Assembly: GCA_963729715.1 (NCBI GenBank)
Contig: CAVSPA010000018.1
Location: 26,942-90,941 of the forward strand
Source: an uncultured delta proteobacterium
GTDB lineage: Bacteria > Desulfobacterota > Syntrophia > Syntrophales > UBA2185
Length of the DNA: 64,000 nucleotides
Reading direction: 5' to 3'
Shown: in pieces, positions 1 through 10,396 of the stretch
How the letters are laid out: the number at the start of each line of letters is the position of its first letter
Numbering within the stretch: position 1 is the first letter of the stretch
The notes under the pieces: model-generated
Databases searched by the model: none
Seen by the model: the letters and a program-made list of their open reading frames with translations, nothing else
Told to the model about the DNA's origin: nothing
Translations under genes and position numbers: made by a program

Positions 1-323
1 TCCGTAATAAAAATGCGCATTTACACGGCAAGTTACATAAAATTAACAAAACCCTGCTTATGAAAAAAGACCAGCAATGAGCATAATCGCATATGCAGTT
101 ATGCATACCATTTGGCATAATTAAAAAAGGATGAGCTTATATCTATTTTGCAGATTTCAAAGGAAAGTGGATAGATTGCGGGATAGGACTAAGAGAGGAT
201 TTTCGATTCCAATAAATTTTGGACAGGAAAGAAGCAATTGACGATCCTCAATCGACGGTCACATTTCCAACTCTTTTTTCATGCACTGATATCTACAAAT
301 TTGCATGGCTTCAGACTCGTAGG

Positions 324-410
324 CTGTGCCGTGTAAAACGTTCTCGGTTAAAGTCTGACCCCGTGGGTTCGGTGGTTCGCCTACATAGCTGGAAGGAAGT
401 GTCAATGGCA
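324..410 (+). mobile_element. Degenerate 5' fragment (domain I start) of a group II intron
   Basis: CTGTGCCGTGTAAAACG..TCGGTTAAAGTCTGAC..GTTCGCCTACATAGCTGGAAGGAAGTGT aligns by eye with the intron 5' end at 17088-17172. Confidence 0.7.
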
Positions 411-582
411 GAATTCTAAGTTAACATGCGGTGCGAGAATCGAGAGCACGTCAAATTCGTGCGTCTCATATGAAACATAAAACGTCGTGCCCCTATAAAC
501 TCCTATCCTAATCTATTGGCGGATTATTCGAATGACCTGGCCCTATCAGATCGAATAAATCCCCTGCGGACCACTCAGAATA

Positions 583-1617
583 CTATTTAAAGGAAAGCAA
601 GCCTGATCTGAGATTTGACTTCTTGTATCTCATTCCCAATTTATTTCGAATGTTGAATCTGTGAAAATCGACCGTCTGTTGCGAACAGCCCAACAACTCG
701 GCAATATCTTTTGTTCTCTTTCCCTCTTTTACGAGGATAGCAATCTCGATTTCTCTAGGAGTGAAATTAAAATATCTGGATCTTAAATTGTGCAGGAATG
801 GCGAAACGATATCGCTTAGATGGGATTCTAATATATTTACATAATCCATTTGAGCATTGCTCAACCGCATCTTCTTGAATTTTTTAATATACGGCATCAC
901 AATTTCTTTAACGTTAGATAATATCTTTTCTTCAAGTTCAACTTTGTCGTCTTCCCTGCGCTTTAATAGAACCGATAATGCAATATTAACTCTTTCGAGA
1001 TTTTCTGATTTCTTACTTATTTCCCTATCTCTTTTTCGCAGTGCGGCGGCGATTTTCTTGCGTTCTATAATTTCTTGCTTCAGAAGTTTATTCGCTCTGG
1101 AGAGATCGGCAGTCCGATTGTTGACTTGCCGCTCAAGCTCTTCTTCTAGGCGCTTTTGATCCGTTACATTTATGACCGTTGCAATGGCTGCCGGCTTCCC
1201 CTCGTATGTAAAATAGCTTGGTCTAACCTGTATCCACCGCTCCTTTCCCTTTTTTGTCAAGATCTTGTATGCCCAAGATGAAGGAAGAGTCTTGTCTCCT
1301 TTTTGCCGGGCAAGACCCCTTTCTTTGACTAATGCCTTGAAATCGGGATGAGCATAATCCCAGAAGTTCATTGTGACGAGTTCCTTTGCGCTGTAACCGG
1401 TAAGCAACTCGTGGCTGGGATTCACATACTTAAATTTATTGCCTTGGAAAATGACTATTGAAGCGGTAGCGGATTCTACAAACGTCCTGAATGGTGCTTC
1501 ATTTACAGACATTTCATCCGGGTGCTTGCTCACAGTATTTGCGAATATATCCCCCTCAGATGATAGATAATCGCTGTTGCGTGATAGCTTTTGTTTCTGT
1601 TTTGAATTTTTTCTCAT
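583..1617 (-). CDS. PAS domain / LuxR-type HTH transcriptional regulator
   Basis: PAS (YVNP..TGYS..EL..HPD), coiled coil, C-terminal FTPREIEIA..GKRTKDIA..TVDFHRFNIRNKLG. Confidence 0.9.
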   Translation of the reverse strand: MRKNSKQKQKLSRNSDYLSSEGDIFANTVSKHPDEMSVNEAPFRTFVESATASIVIFQGNKFKYVNPSHELLTGYSAKELVTMNFWDYAHPDFKALVKERGLARQKGDKTLPSSWAYKILTKKGKERWIQVRPSYFTYEGKPAAIATVINVTDQKRLEEELERQVNNRTADLSRANKLLKQEIIERKKIAAALRKRDREISKKSENLERVNIALSVLLKRREDDKVELEEKILSNVKEIVMPYIKKFKKMRLSNAQMDYVNILESHLSDIVSPFLHNLRSRYFNFTPREIEIAILVKEGKRTKDIAELLGCSQQTVDFHRFNIRNKLGMRYKKSNLRSGLLSFK

Positions 1618-1768
1618 TGCGGGACACGCCTCTGCTCTATGATTTACACGACATAGTTTATATTAGGTTTTACCTAAAAATAACCTAAAAATTATTAAAT
1701 ATTTTCATATTCATGATTTCAATATAAACGTTTGCGAAAGATTTGCAAGAGATTTCAGGAGGCGGACA

Positions 1769-2536
1769 GTGTCACAGATTCTTTATAAGAAGGAAGATCA
1801 TATCGCTTATATTTCTTTAAATAACCCTGACAGTTTAAATGCATTGAATCTGGAAATGGCGAAAGAATTTGAAGCTATCTGGGTGGATTTTCGGGATGAC
1901 AAAGAAATGTGGGTGGCCATTTTAAGTGGCGAAGGCAAGTCTTTTTGTGCCGGTGCGGATGTAAAAAAGATGGAAAGGGGCCGATGGCAGTTCCGGCAGT
2001 CCCTCATTTTAGGGGATTACAGTGTATCCTCCAGACGTCATAACATATGGAAGCCTATCATCGCCGCAGTCCATCGCCACGTCTATGGGGCAGGACTTTT
2101 ATTGGCCCTGGAATCAGATATCAGAATTGCATGCGATGATGCCTTATTTGGAATACCGGAAGGGAAGGTGAATGTGCCCACATTATTTGCGCCGTTTGCT
2201 TCCAGATATATGCCGAGAGCGATAGCTTGCGAGTTATTGTACACAGGAAGGCCAATAGATGCACAACGTGCATATCAGGTGGGTCTGGTGAACAAGGTTG
2301 TATCCAGAGACCAGCTGATACCCACTGCCACAGAAATAGGAAAACAAATTTGTGAAAATGGGCCATTATCAATTTGGGCTACCAAGGAACTATTCTGCAG
2401 GGGTGAGGATATGAGCTATGAGTGTGCTCTGGCCCTCATTGAACATATCGTGCCGCCCATCTTCAACTCTGAGGATTCCGTCGAGGCTAAACGAGCATTT
2501 CTTGAAAAAAGAAAACCTGTATGGAAATTAAAGTAA
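1769..2536 (+). CDS. Enoyl-CoA hydratase/isomerase (crotonase superfamily)
   Basis: FCAGAD, KPIIAAV, FGIPE, C-terminal AFLEKRKPVW; GTG start after GGAGG. Confidence 0.92.
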   Translation: MSQILYKKEDHIAYISLNNPDSLNALNLEMAKEFEAIWVDFRDDKEMWVAILSGEGKSFCAGADVKKMERGRWQFRQSLILGDYSVSSRRHNIWKPIIAAVHRHVYGAGLLLALESDIRIACDDALFGIPEGKVNVPTLFAPFASRYMPRAIACELLYTGRPIDAQRAYQVGLVNKVVSRDQLIPTATEIGKQICENGPLSIWATKELFCRGEDMSYECALALIEHIVPPIFNSEDSVEAKRAFLEKRKPVWKLK

Positions 2537-2641
2537 GGAAGAGACATGGACGGAGTTTCAAATCTTCAGGGTCACGAATTGGTATAACGACGCTGAAAAT
2601 CTTCACCGTCCTTAAATGCAGCCAGCAAGGAGATAATCATC

Positions 2642-3376
2642 ATGTACACTATTAGACCACTCTTACTCTCCACCGTGGAAACCAATCGAAGTATGATGAC
2701 GTACACTTTGTACTTCAACAAGACCGATTCCAATCCGATGGTATGTTGGTACATCAATGCCGATGGAAAACATATATTGGTGGATACGGGAATATCCGTC
2801 GAGGAACACAAAAAGATAGCAAATGTTCCTATGACTGATGTCCAGTCCTTTGAGGCGGCGCTTCAGAGTATCGGATTAAAGCCTGAAGACATCGATATTG
2901 TCATACAAACGCATTTACATTATGACCACTGCGCCAACACGGCAAAATGTACGAATGCCAAGGTTGTTGTGCAAGAGAAAGAATTAATGTTCGCATATTC
3001 CCATGATCCGGTATTTCATCATTTATACGTGAGGAAATATTTTGAGGGGCTGAATTATTGGCTGATTGACGGAAAAATGGAAATTGTGCCCGGGATCGAG
3101 GTTATTCCAATGACGGGACATACCCCGGGATGCCAGGCAGTATCGGTAAAGACGCCGCAAGGGTTAGCGGTTATCAGCGGTGTTTGTGCAATTAAAGAAA
3201 ATTTTTTCCCCCCGCCCAAACTCGCAAGCATCTGGCCTGTGTTGATTCCTACATTTCATATAGATGCGAAAAAATCATTCTATGACTTGTTGTATATAAA
3301 ACACTTGGCAGACATTTTAATCCCTCAGCATGATATCGGCTTTGCATCCATGAAAGAGATACCTGCTAACAAATAA
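2642..3376 (+). CDS. N-acyl-homoserine-lactonase-family metallo-beta-lactamase fold hydrolase
   Basis: LVDTG, THLHYDH (HxHxDH), GHTPG, IPQHD. Confidence 0.85.
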   Translation: MYTIRPLLLSTVETNRSMMTYTLYFNKTDSNPMVCWYINADGKHILVDTGISVEEHKKIANVPMTDVQSFEAALQSIGLKPEDIDIVIQTHLHYDHCANTAKCTNAKVVVQEKELMFAYSHDPVFHHLYVRKYFEGLNYWLIDGKMEIVPGIEVIPMTGHTPGCQAVSVKTPQGLAVISGVCAIKENFFPPPKLASIWPVLIPTFHIDAKKSFYDLLYIKHLADILIPQHDIGFASMKEIPANK

Positions 3377-3399
3377 TCTACAATCTTAGGAGGCTGAAG

Positions 3400-4125
3400 G
3401 TGAACAAAGTACATACAAATGTGATGGATGCGATCACTGATATCACAGACGGAAGTTCAGTTATGATGCAAAGCTTCATCGGTCCGCTGGGAGTGGCGCA
3501 AACCTTAATAGAAAATTTAACAAAATTAGGCTCGAAGGATTTGACACTCATTGTAACCGCTAACATCAGTCATGCCGGAGGCTATACAATCCATCCACAG
3601 TTTAAGCCTTTCATTGCGCCGAGAATTCTTATTGAAGCTGAGCGGGTGAGAAAAGTTATTCTGGGCTGGGGAGTGGGCGCCCAGTTTCCAGGAGAAGAAA
3701 GGTCCCCCTGGATAGGTAGAGAGGAAAAACTCGATTATGAATATTTGCCAATAGGAGTAATGGCACACCGTATACGTGCTGCCGGAACCGGGATGGGAGC
3801 CTTTTACAGTCCTGTTGGACCCGGCACTTGGTTTGCGAAAGGCAAAGAAGTGCGAGTGATTAATGGACAGGAATACCTCTTGGAATTTCCACTCGGAGCT
3901 GACTTTGGATTTGTCAGGGCCAGTAAGGCAGACAAGCTGGGAAATCTTTACTACAAGCTCTCAGAACGCATGTACTCTCCGCTGATTGCCAAAGCATGCA
4001 AAACGACCATAGCTGAAGTCGATGAAATTGTTGAACCCGGCGAAATTGCTCCTGACCAGATTATTACACCCGGTATTTATATAGATAGAATTGTGCTTAC
4101 TGATAGAAAGGTGGTGCCCCAGTGA
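3400..4125 (+). CDS. Family I CoA-transferase subunit A (divergent)
   Basis: RIRAAGTG..AFYSPVG, GKEVR, YLLEFPL.AD, KADKLGNL, IITPGIYIDRIV. Confidence 0.88.
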   Translation: MNKVHTNVMDAITDITDGSSVMMQSFIGPLGVAQTLIENLTKLGSKDLTLIVTANISHAGGYTIHPQFKPFIAPRILIEAERVRKVILGWGVGAQFPGEERSPWIGREEKLDYEYLPIGVMAHRIRAAGTGMGAFYSPVGPGTWFAKGKEVRVINGQEYLLEFPLGADFGFVRASKADKLGNLYYKLSERMYSPLIAKACKTTIAEVDEIVEPGEIAPDQIITPGIYIDRIVLTDRKVVPQ

Positions 4126-4808
4126 AAAAGACCCTTGATAAACATGAAATGGCCAGACGTATGGCACAAGAATTAAAGGATGGGGACGTAGTAAACTTAG
4201 GAATAGGAATACCATCTCTGGCTTCCAGTTATTTGCCAAAAGACATACAGATAATATTTCATGTAGAGAACGGCATTATTGGTTTTGGAAGAGTGCTTGG
4301 CAAGCAAGAGGTAGAATCGATGGATTATTATCTGGCAAATGCCGGGGGCCAGTTCATTGCCCCGATACCCGGTATGTGTATAGTCGATTTTGCCGAGTCT
4401 TTTGACGCTGTCCGGACGGGAAGAGTAAATATCACCATGTTAGGCGCTTATCAAGTCTCAAAAAGTGGTGATATAGCAAGCTGGACAGTTAGTCAAACGG
4501 TGGATGAGGTCTCTCCCTCGTCTCTAACGCTCGGCGGCGCCATGGATATGCCGATCGGGCCTAAGAAGGTCATTATTGGGATGAAACATTTAACCAATGA
4601 TGGAAAACCCAGGATAGTAAATAAATGTGATTTGCCATTGACAGCAGTGGGTAAGGCTAAACTGATAATTACAGATGTGGCTGTTATTCAGGTTACACCC
4701 GCGGGATTGGAATTGTTGGAAATAGCACCAGACTGGGATCCGGAAGACGTTCAAGCGATAACTGAACCACCTTTGATAATTTCACAAAAAATAAAAAAGA
4801 TGTTTTAG
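4122..4808 (+). CDS. Family I CoA-transferase subunit B
   Basis: VNLGIGIP, HVENG (catalytic Glu), GGAMD, CDLPLT; GTGA overlap with subunit A. Confidence 0.9.
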   Translation: MKKTLDKHEMARRMAQELKDGDVVNLGIGIPSLASSYLPKDIQIIFHVENGIIGFGRVLGKQEVESMDYYLANAGGQFIAPIPGMCIVDFAESFDAVRTGRVNITMLGAYQVSKSGDIASWTVSQTVDEVSPSSLTLGGAMDMPIGPKKVIIGMKHLTNDGKPRIVNKCDLPLTAVGKAKLIITDVAVIQVTPAGLELLEIAPDWDPEDVQAITEPPLIISQKIKKMF

Positions 4809-5107
4809 AAAATTATCCTTATCTTAAATTTCAAGCTATTGGTGGGTACAATCCGTCGATTGCATATTGTGCGACAGAAAATCTTGCCGACGATTTATAG
4901 GGATGCATGGGAATGAATTCGCCATTCATATGTATTTAGAAGAAGCAAACTGTTGCTTCTTATCCCCTTGGGGACTTCACGGCGGATTTTTGACAATCTT
5001 CACTATGGAAGCTAATTGGTACTCTGATTAATATCGGAGAAGACGTTAACATAAAAAACAGACGAAATCGGATTGCTAAACAGTACTATCTGAAAGGGGG
5101 TGTTACT

Positions 5108-5200
5108 GTGTTGTCAGGTGCTCAATTGATAGCCATTTTACACGGCCTTATATTAGTTGCAGCTGGAGTGATCGGTCTATGGATAAAGAAGCGTTTGTAA
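5108..5200 (+). CDS. Small single-pass membrane protein (30 aa) upstream of the SSS transporter
   Basis: AAAGGGGG RBS, GTG start, MLSGAQLIAILHGLILVAAGVIGLWIKKRL*; below the ORF-track cutoff. Confidence 0.6.
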   Translation: MLSGAQLIAILHGLILVAAGVIGLWIKKRL

Positions 5201-5221
5201 CTTAAGGAGGTGAATTGAAAA

Positions 5222-6799
5222 ATGGTCATTGCCATATTTTTTGGAATTCTTATATCGTACTTGGTGATAGGGTTCATCGCCTCGCGCCACACTAAAGGAG
5301 CCGATGAATTCTATGTAACAGGGAGACGATCCGGAATAATTCTTGTTCTCGGAGGATTTGCCGGAACTTGGATCAGCGCTCTGGGCACTCTTGGGTATCC
5401 TGGCATGTCCTATTCACAGGGTATAGGATTAGTGGCTATTTGGGGAGCTCTCCCGGGATTCTTGTTGGCGGCTTTCCTTATTGTGCCTCAATTGTATAGG
5501 AGCGGTTCCTGGACGCTTTTTGATTTCTTTGAATCTCGTTGGCAGGACAAGAGGTTAGCCGCTGTCGGCGTCTGCGTCATGTTTTTCGGCATGTTTCCTT
5601 ATTTTGTTGCGCAAATTATGGGGGCTGCAACTTTATTATCGACACTTACAGGGTTAAGCTATCAAACTATGCTCTATATAGTGTGCGCAACATTTTTCCT
5701 CTTAACAATTGTAGGAGGCGCCTGGTCTGTAACGGTTACAGACACTGCCATGCTGCTCGTCAAATTAAGTCTTGTAGCATTCATTCTTCCTGCTGCACTT
5801 GCTTTTTTTGGCGGCATTAATAAAGTCACCGTCGATATGTATGCTTCCTCGCCACAGCGTTTTAGTCTCACTGGTTCTCTGCCTCCTCTTTATGTTTTGT
5901 CCTCATGTCTAATCTGGTTCTTTGGCATGTTCGCTGCGCCACACCAGGCGTCACGTATTATGATTGCGAAAGATACGAGAACAGCCGTCGCCGGAGCTAT
6001 ATTAGCGTTGACTTTAGGAACTGTTATTGTCTGGGCCTTGCATTTCATGGCAAGCGGTTTATGGGTCATTACACACGACGTTAAGCCGTCTTCCAGTGCC
6101 CTCCCTTATCTCTTTGCGCATTTGCCAAGCACGGCAATAGGCGCTTTAGGAATATCGGCCTTATTTGCTGCTGCTTTGTCAAGTGCAACGGGGATGCTAT
6201 TGACTTTGAGCATGGGAGTCGGGAGAGATGTGGTAAAGCGTTTTTTTAAATCAGACTTGCCTGATAAAAAGCTATTGAGCATTACTCGCTGGGCAGTACT
6301 GGGGTTCACTCTCGCTGTATTGGCCACATGCTTGGCTCAACCGGAAGCAATTGTCAAATTTGCAGAGTTAGGGGGTTCGATATTCGCGTGCACGTTCTTT
6401 GCTCCATTGTTTTTCGGTGCCAACTGGCGGCGTGTTACAAAAAATGCAGTATTCTGGTCGATGATTTTGGGTGGCGGGATAGACATAATCCTCTGGATTG
6501 GGTGGCGCTTTATGGGTATGCCGTTGCTGTTTGGAATTCAGCCCGTTCTTTATGGCATCACGGCCTCGATTTTGACACTCGTCATAATAACCTTAAAATC
6601 TGATCCCACGCCTGCGGAAATTAAGGAGTTTGAACGAATCACGACGAGAATGGAAGTAGCTACAGTTGCAGTAGGCGCCAACCAATCGAATGCAGTAATT
6701 AAGACGAGGCGGATTGACGGCTATGATTGGACGTGTATTCTGTCCATTGTCATAGGATTGACTTTAGCCATAGGAGGTACGGTTATTCTTCCACCCTAA
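5222..6799 (+). CDS. Sodium:solute symporter (SSS) family transporter
   Basis: Many TM helices; FYVTGR, GG..SV..TD, AAALSS motifs; AAGGAGG RBS. Confidence 0.92.
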   Translation: MVIAIFFGILISYLVIGFIASRHTKGADEFYVTGRRSGIILVLGGFAGTWISALGTLGYPGMSYSQGIGLVAIWGALPGFLLAAFLIVPQLYRSGSWTLFDFFESRWQDKRLAAVGVCVMFFGMFPYFVAQIMGAATLLSTLTGLSYQTMLYIVCATFFLLTIVGGAWSVTVTDTAMLLVKLSLVAFILPAALAFFGGINKVTVDMYASSPQRFSLTGSLPPLYVLSSCLIWFFGMFAAPHQASRIMIAKDTRTAVAGAILALTLGTVIVWALHFMASGLWVITHDVKPSSSALPYLFAHLPSTAIGALGISALFAAALSSATGMLLTLSMGVGRDVVKRFFKSDLPDKKLLSITRWAVLGFTLAVLATCLAQPEAIVKFAELGGSIFACTFFAPLFFGANWRRVTKNAVFWSMILGGGIDIILWIGWRFMGMPLLFGIQPVLYGITASILTLVIITLKSDPTPAEIKEFERITTRMEVATVAVGANQSNAVIKTRRIDGYDWTCILSIVIGLTLAIGGTVILPP

Positions 6800-6878
6800 T
6801 GTTATGACAATATTACTTGAAAAAGTTCGGGGCCCCTCGGACCTGTTTTTCAATGGAGAAACACGAAGGAGCAGAAAG

Positions 6879-7766
6879 ATGCATATACAGAAGATCATGG
6901 TCGTGGGTTCAGGTTTCATGGGCTCCGGTATCGCGCAGGTTGCGGCTGCTGCAGGCTTTACGGTGACAATGCAGGACATAAAGGATGAACTCGTTCAGAA
7001 GGGCATGGCGACCATCGAGAAAAACCTTAAGAACAGCGTTGCCACAGGGAAGCTCAGCGAGGAGGACATGAGGGCCACCCTCGGTAGGATTACCCCGACC
7101 CTTGATTTATCTCTCGCTAAAGACTGCGACGCAGTAATCGAAGTCATATTCGAAAAAAAGCAGGCTAAAACGGAGCTCTTCAAGAAACTGGATGAGCTTT
7201 GCCCGCCGGAGGTCATATTCGCAAGCAACACTTCCTCTATCCCTATCACGGAACTGGCCGCCACCACCAGGCGGCCAGCCAGGTTTGCCGGTATGCATTT
7301 CTTCAGCCCCGTCCCGGTCATGAAGCTCGTTGAAGTTATCAGGGGCTTGAAAACATCCGAAGAAACTGCCACGATCATTAATGATCTGGCGATAAAGTTC
7401 GGCAAGGTTCCGGTTTATGTAAAGGACGGCCCCGGTTTCTTGGTCAACCGGGTCAACGCGGCGCTTCGCAATGAGGTTTACAGATGTTTGGCGGAGGGCG
7501 TCGCAACCATTGAAGACATCGACAAGGCCCTGAAGTTCGGCCTCAACCATCCCATGGGTCCGTTCGAGCTCAATGATTTCGTCGGCCTCGAGATCGGACT
7601 GGCCGTCTTTGAAACCCTCTGGGAGAATTTCAAAGACCCGAAATGGGCGCCCTCGCTGATTCTGAAGAAGATGGTCGCTTCCGGCGACCTAGGCCGCAAG
7701 ACCGGCAAGGGCTGGTATGACTATACATCCGGCGAGAAGAAGCCGCGGACAGACCTTAACTTCTAA
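6879..7766 (+). CDS. hbd: 3-hydroxyacyl(butyryl)-CoA dehydrogenase
   Basis: GSGFMGSGIA, ASNTSS, GMHFFSP, PGFLVNR, HPMGPF, GRKTGKGWY; start set at ATG 6879 after AAGGAG. Confidence 0.92.
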   Translation: MHIQKIMVVGSGFMGSGIAQVAAAAGFTVTMQDIKDELVQKGMATIEKNLKNSVATGKLSEEDMRATLGRITPTLDLSLAKDCDAVIEVIFEKKQAKTELFKKLDELCPPEVIFASNTSSIPITELAATTRRPARFAGMHFFSPVPVMKLVEVIRGLKTSEETATIINDLAIKFGKVPVYVKDGPGFLVNRVNAALRNEVYRCLAEGVATIEDIDKALKFGLNHPMGPFELNDFVGLEIGLAVFETLWENFKDPKWAPSLILKKMVASGDLGRKTGKGWYDYTSGEKKPRTDLNF

Positions 7767-7801
7767 TCAGACTTTCTGAAAAAATTACGGGGTGACAAAA
7801 A

Positions 7802-9070
7802 ATGGAAGATGTAGTTATTCTGAGCTGTGTCCGCACACCGATAGGCGCTTACGGCGGAGCCATGAAAGATATCCCGGTCTATAGGCTGGGAAGCCTAGTC
7901 TTAAACGAGGTCGTCAAGAGGGTTGGCATCGAAGCCTCTGCGGTTGATGATGTGATCATGGGAACATCCTACCAGAACGGAGAGTGCGCCAACGGCGCCC
8001 GGATGGCCGTTCTTGATGCGGGCTGGCCGGATACTGTGCCGGGCGTCGTGATCGACCGTCGCTGCTGCTCTGGGTTGGAATCAATCTTTTATGGTGCTTT
8101 ACAGATTCAAACGGGAAATGCAGAAATCATCGTCGCCGGCGGTATGGACAGCATGAGCCAGGCGGAACTTTATATACCGGGTGATATCAAGTGGGGTCTC
8201 GGTGGTAAGAGCCATGAAAAGTACGGTTTCATGCCCAGAGGTCACGGCGCCCTCGCCATGTGGGGGATACCTCTCTATGACAGGCTTCAGCGTGGGAGGG
8301 TGATGTCTCAGCCCATCCACCGTTACGGAGAGTTGAACTCGATGATGTCCTGGGCGGAGATGGCGGCCAAGAGGGAAAAAATAACCCGTGAAGAGGCGGA
8401 CAAGTGGGCGTATCGCAGCCACAAGAGAGCCATTGCGGCATGGGATGCCGGGAAATTCGCGAATGAGATAGTCCCCGTTCCTGTCGGAAAGGGGAAAGAC
8501 GGGGACATGATCTTTTTTAATACAGATGAGGGACCGCGTCGCAAAACGACAATGGAAAAGCTTGCCAAGCTCCGGCCCGTTTATCCGGACGGGGTGTGTA
8601 CTGCCGGTAATTCCTCTTCAGAGAATGACGGCGCCTCCGTCGTTGTCCTCGCATCGGAAAGAAAAGCAACAGAACTCGGTATCAAACCGATGGCATATTT
8701 TCGTTCGTGTGCTATTGCCGCCACGGATCCGACATTGACATATCCGGCGGTGCCTGTCGCCGTTTCCAGGGCTCTCAGTAAGGCCGCTTTGAAGATCGAT
8801 CAGATAGATCTCATAGAAGTGCAGGAGGCCTTTGCAGTCCAGGCCTTGGCCGATGCAAGGCTCTGCGGGCTCAGTGAAAAAGATATGGAAGAGAAAGTGA
8901 ATGTGAATGGATCGGGCATTTCCCTCGGCCATCCGGTAGGCGCAACCGGCACGATGAGATTGACAACGCTTCTCCATGAAATGAAGAGGCGTAGTGTCCG
9001 TTACGGGCTTGAGACCATCTGCGGCGGCGGCGGACAGGGCATCTGCATGATCGTTGAGAGAAAATCATAA
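7802..9070 (+). CDS. Acetyl-CoA C-acyltransferase (thiolase)
   Basis: RRCCSG, TAGNSS..NDGA, QEAFA, GHPVGATG, TICGGGGQG. Confidence 0.93.
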   Translation: MEDVVILSCVRTPIGAYGGAMKDIPVYRLGSLVLNEVVKRVGIEASAVDDVIMGTSYQNGECANGARMAVLDAGWPDTVPGVVIDRRCCSGLESIFYGALQIQTGNAEIIVAGGMDSMSQAELYIPGDIKWGLGGKSHEKYGFMPRGHGALAMWGIPLYDRLQRGRVMSQPIHRYGELNSMMSWAEMAAKREKITREEADKWAYRSHKRAIAAWDAGKFANEIVPVPVGKGKDGDMIFFNTDEGPRRKTTMEKLAKLRPVYPDGVCTAGNSSSENDGASVVVLASERKATELGIKPMAYFRSCAIAATDPTLTYPAVPVAVSRALSKAALKIDQIDLIEVQEAFAVQALADARLCGLSEKDMEEKVNVNGSGISLGHPVGATGTMRLTTLLHEMKRRSVRYGLETICGGGGQGICMIVERKS

Positions 9071-9088
9071 ATCAGCAAGGAGAACAAG

Positions 9089-9235
9089 ATGGATTTTGCA
9101 CAAACGCAAGAACAGCAAATGATTCGAGAAAATGCTCGAACTGGGCTTCTTCGGTTTCTGGATTGACGAGAAATACGGCGGCAACAGCATTGTGTTCTTC
9201 GAGGGGTCCTGGTGATTGAGCAGCTTTACCGCCCC
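9089..9235 (+). pseudogene. Acyl-CoA dehydrogenase 5' remnant
   Basis: AAGGAG RBS, MDFAQTQEQQMIRENAR, then out of frame ELGFFGFWIDEKYGG and VLVIEQL; internal deletion and frameshifts. Confidence 0.75.
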
Positions 9236-9343
9236 GGGTTAAAACTCACCACTGTTTCAGATCATTATTCTCCTACACGCTTAGATGTCGATAAATTATT
9301 CATAAAAACATTGCAACATAATCTCGGTTTTTTCAATCATTGT

Positions 9344-10300
9344 CTATGAGGAAAAGGTCAGCTTCGTTCCAGACATGTTGAGGATGAACTGATCGGGCAT
9401 TTCTTCTTTAATATGCATCATCGCATTTCTTCCTGTACAGTGAGTTGGTATAATATAGCCGGGATTAATTTTGTGCAGTTCTTCTATTGTCCTTTCGATG
9501 ATTGATTCAAAAAGAGGGCCGCTCAGGTGAAACCCACCCATGATTGCACGCACGTCTTTAATTCCTGTAACCTTCATAGCATGATAAACTGTATTGATGA
9601 TACCCGAATGGGCACACCCGGATAGAATAACCAAGCCCTTGCCCTTAACGTTCATAGCAATTGATGTGTCATCTTCAATAGCATCAAACTTCTCTCGACC
9701 ATCCTCCAAAAGGCGGGCAATCGGATAACCTTTTTCAAAGTCTGTGGAGCGCTCGATCTCTCCCAGAAATAGGGCATCACCATCAAGCATAAGCCGAGGC
9801 TCTCTTGTTTCCACAACTCTAATTTCGAGTTTTTCAAGAGCATCTCTGGTGATTGCAGGAAAGAAGATTTTTTGTTCTTCATTGTACTTCAGATAACGTG
9901 GGGCTTTAAATACGGATGGGTGAACAAACAGTTCGATACCCGGTTTCCCAATCATCTTGACAAACCTCTCCAGGCCGCCCGCGTGGTCATCGTGCCCGTG
10001 TGAAAGGGCAAGAACTTCGATTTGCGATGTGTTCACGCCAAGAGCTTCGGCATTGAAAACGGCTCCGATCTCCGAAAATCCGAAATCAAAAAGCATAGTT
10101 CTCGTCTGGCTTCCCGTTGTTGCCCTGATAATCGAGGAAAAGCCGTGCTCGGACAGGATGGATTTTCTAAATCCCCCCTCTTTCATCGGCATGGCTCGTG
10201 TAACCATTTCGCTGTTGTCTCTTATCGTCAAGTCTATGTAGTTATCCTGTAAGGTTAAAATTTCTGCCTTATCTACTGCGTTCAAGATAACTTTTCCCAT
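9344..10300 (-). CDS. MBL-fold metallohydrolase (COG1237-like)
   Basis: EHGFS, LFDFG, LSHGHDDHAGG, SGCAHSG, GGFHL, HCTG; start ATG 10300 after GGAGG. Confidence 0.88.
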   Translation of the reverse strand: MGKVILNAVDKAEILTLQDNYIDLTIRDNSEMVTRAMPMKEGGFRKSILSEHGFSSIIRATTGSQTRTMLFDFGFSEIGAVFNAEALGVNTSQIEVLALSHGHDDHAGGLERFVKMIGKPGIELFVHPSVFKAPRYLKYNEEQKIFFPAITRDALEKLEIRVVETREPRLMLDGDALFLGEIERSTDFEKGYPIARLLEDGREKFDAIEDDTSIAMNVKGKGLVILSGCAHSGIINTVYHAMKVTGIKDVRAIMGGFHLSGPLFESIIERTIEELHKINPGYIIPTHCTGRNAMMHIKEEMPDQFILNMSGTKLTFSS

Positions 10301-10396
10301 GACATTTCCTCCGAACATCCTATCTCGATGTATTCATACTTTGAATTTTATATGCGAGATCCCGTACCTACAAAATGTATTGCTTCTGGATTTCCA

